DNA of 64,000 bases from an uncultured Actinomycetota bacterium. GTDB lineage: Bacteria > Actinomycetota > Actinomycetes > JAHEKZ01. The notes under the pieces are model-generated. The model saw nothing but the letters and a program-made list of their open reading frames with translations. It was not told the DNA's origin and did no database searches. The number at the start of each line of letters is the position of its first letter. The stretch's first letter is position 1. The stretch is taken from positions 224,001-288,000 of the forward strand of contig CAVURN010000003.1 in assembly GCA_963743915.1 (NCBI GenBank), in the 5' to 3' direction. Both the position numbers and the translations under genes were made by a program. Below, one piece after another: positions 62,752-64,000 of this stretch.

Positions 62752-63369
62752 GTGAACCTCGCGGCCTTCGTGGTGGCACTGGTACTGATCGCACCCGCCG
62801 AGCTGCCGGACAAGACCTTCGTCGCCACGTTGGTCCTGGCCACGCGGTTCCGTCCGCTCGTGGTGTGGATGGGGGTGAGCGCGGCGTTCGCGGTGCAGAC
62901 CACGATCGCCGTCGCCGCCGGCCAGGCGCTCAGCCTGCTGCCCCGGACGCCGGTGCTGCTGGTCACCGCTGCCCTGTTCGCCACCGGCTCGGTGCTGATG
63001 CTCCGCGGCGCCGGTGCGGTCGACCCGACCGAGGACGAGGTCGAGGAACGGGATGCCGTCGAGTCGGTCGTGCGGTCTGGCCACCGCAGAGCGTTCACCG
63101 TGTCGTTCCTGGTGCTCTTCGCGGCGGAGTGGGGTGACCTCTCCCAGCTCACCACCGCCGGTCTGTCCGCCCGGTACGACGCGCCGCTCGAGGTCTGGCT
63201 GGGCGCCTGGCTGGCCCTGACCCTGGTGGCCGGAGTGGCCGCGCTCGCGGGCCGCTGGCTGGTGGCCCGGGTGCCGTTCTCGACGGTGCGCCGGATCTCC
63301 GGAGTGCTGCTGGGCCTGCTCGCGCTGGGGACGCTGGCCGAGGCCGCCGGGTGGTCGCTGATCCCGTGA
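62752..63369 (+). CDS. TMEM165/GDT1 (UPF0016) family Mn/Ca transporter
   Basis: AELPDKT and AEWGDLSQL repeat motifs. Confidence 0.9.
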   Translation: MNLAAFVVALVLIAPAELPDKTFVATLVLATRFRPLVVWMGVSAAFAVQTTIAVAAGQALSLLPRTPVLLVTAALFATGSVLMLRGAGAVDPTEDEVEERDAVESVVRSGHRRAFTVSFLVLFAAEWGDLSQLTTAGLSARYDAPLEVWLGAWLALTLVAGVAALAGRWLVARVPFSTVRRISGVLLGLLALGTLAEAAGWSLIP

Positions 63370-63614
63370 GGCTCGTCTCTGGCGATTGCACAGAACGTGT
63401 AGTTACCCACCGGTTTTGTGAAAGTTAAAGGTCCGAACGCCACCGACGGGGGATACAGCGACGTTCGGACCGGTCTCCACTCTGCGCGGGAAGGGCGTCC
63501 GAACGCAAGCCCCGACCCCCCGTTTGACCATGCCTTGACCAATGACCGTCGAGGTGCTGCGTCGGCCGGTGACCTCGTTGGGGAGGTCTCCAGGGGAACG
63601 GCCGCACGGGGCGT

Positions 63615-64000
63615 TCAGTGGACAGTGAGCTGTCGGGCCCGGATCGACTCCCGGGCCCGTCGCTCCTGCCCGTTGAGCGGCTCGGGTGCGGCGAGTGCCG
63701 CGTCCAACCGGCTGCGGAAGGCCGCCGCCGCGTCCTCGATCTCATCGACCTCGGTGCCGGCGGGCAGGTCCCACACCGGGACCACCAGCCCGCTGGCCCG
63801 GAAGGAGCCGAGGAACCGGGTCCGGTCCCCCAGCTCGAGACCCCCCGACACCTGCAGGCGCGCCAACCCGTCGACCAGCTCGCCTTCGTCCTCAGGGAGG
63901 ACCCAGCGGACCTGCCGTCGCTCCCCCAGCTGCATCCAGTAGGCACCCTCGACCGCCGCGAGGCGTGCGGTGGGCGCAGCGACCGCGTTCGCCCGCTCGA
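63615..64000 (-). CDS. DUF5926 family protein, C-terminal part (truncated by window edge)
   Basis: AYW, VRWVLPEDE, FLGSFRASGLVVPVWDL, ERRAR...RQLTVH. Confidence 0.8.
   Translation of the reverse strand, partial: ERANAVAAPTARLAAVEGAYWMQLGERRQVRWVLPEDEGELVDGLARLQVSGGLELGDRTRFLGSFRASGLVVPVWDLPAGTEVDEIEDAAAAFRSRLDAALAAPEPLNGQERRARESIRARQLTVH

Noticed and set aside
63475-63525. Cobalamin or c-di-GMP riboswitch (CCACT...GGGAAGG-like words)
   Set aside because: Other conserved elements are missing and there is no downstream co-oriented gene.

Overview
High-GC actinobacterial chromosome segment, judged from bpa, serS-pheA-DUF4446-DUF5926, the tRNA-Ser(GCT)/tRNA-Arg(ACG) pair and many leaderless genes. 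From left to right it holds: small accessory genes (1-5.4 kb); an intact IS481-family element inserted at the 3' end of tRNA-Arg with a 15-bp target duplication; tRNA-Ser(GCT); corA; a 10-methyl fatty acid methylase/reductase pair; chrA; an orphan chemoreceptor; ggt; a complete oleA-oleBC-oleD olefin/beta-lactone operon; tRNA-Ser(TGA); ung; bpa; an Opp-type ABC importer; an NAD-dependent Mo formate dehydrogenase fdsGBA (FdsD apparently fused to FdsA) plus fdhD; a PucR-linked amine/guanidino catabolic operon; a divergent acuI / acyl-CoA ligase / ammonia-lyase module; trpB2; SulP-DAGK-PAP2; serS; a GGDEF-EAL protein; and pheA. Many single-base frameshifts, dense between about 22.8 and 35.1 kb, look like assembly errors. 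The best candidate for an undescribed system is a CoA-ligase-initiated beta-alanyl-CoA -> acryloyl-CoA -> propionyl-CoA route, possibly fed by the adjacent ureohydrolase operon. All family assignments come from motif recognition by eye; no database searches were run.
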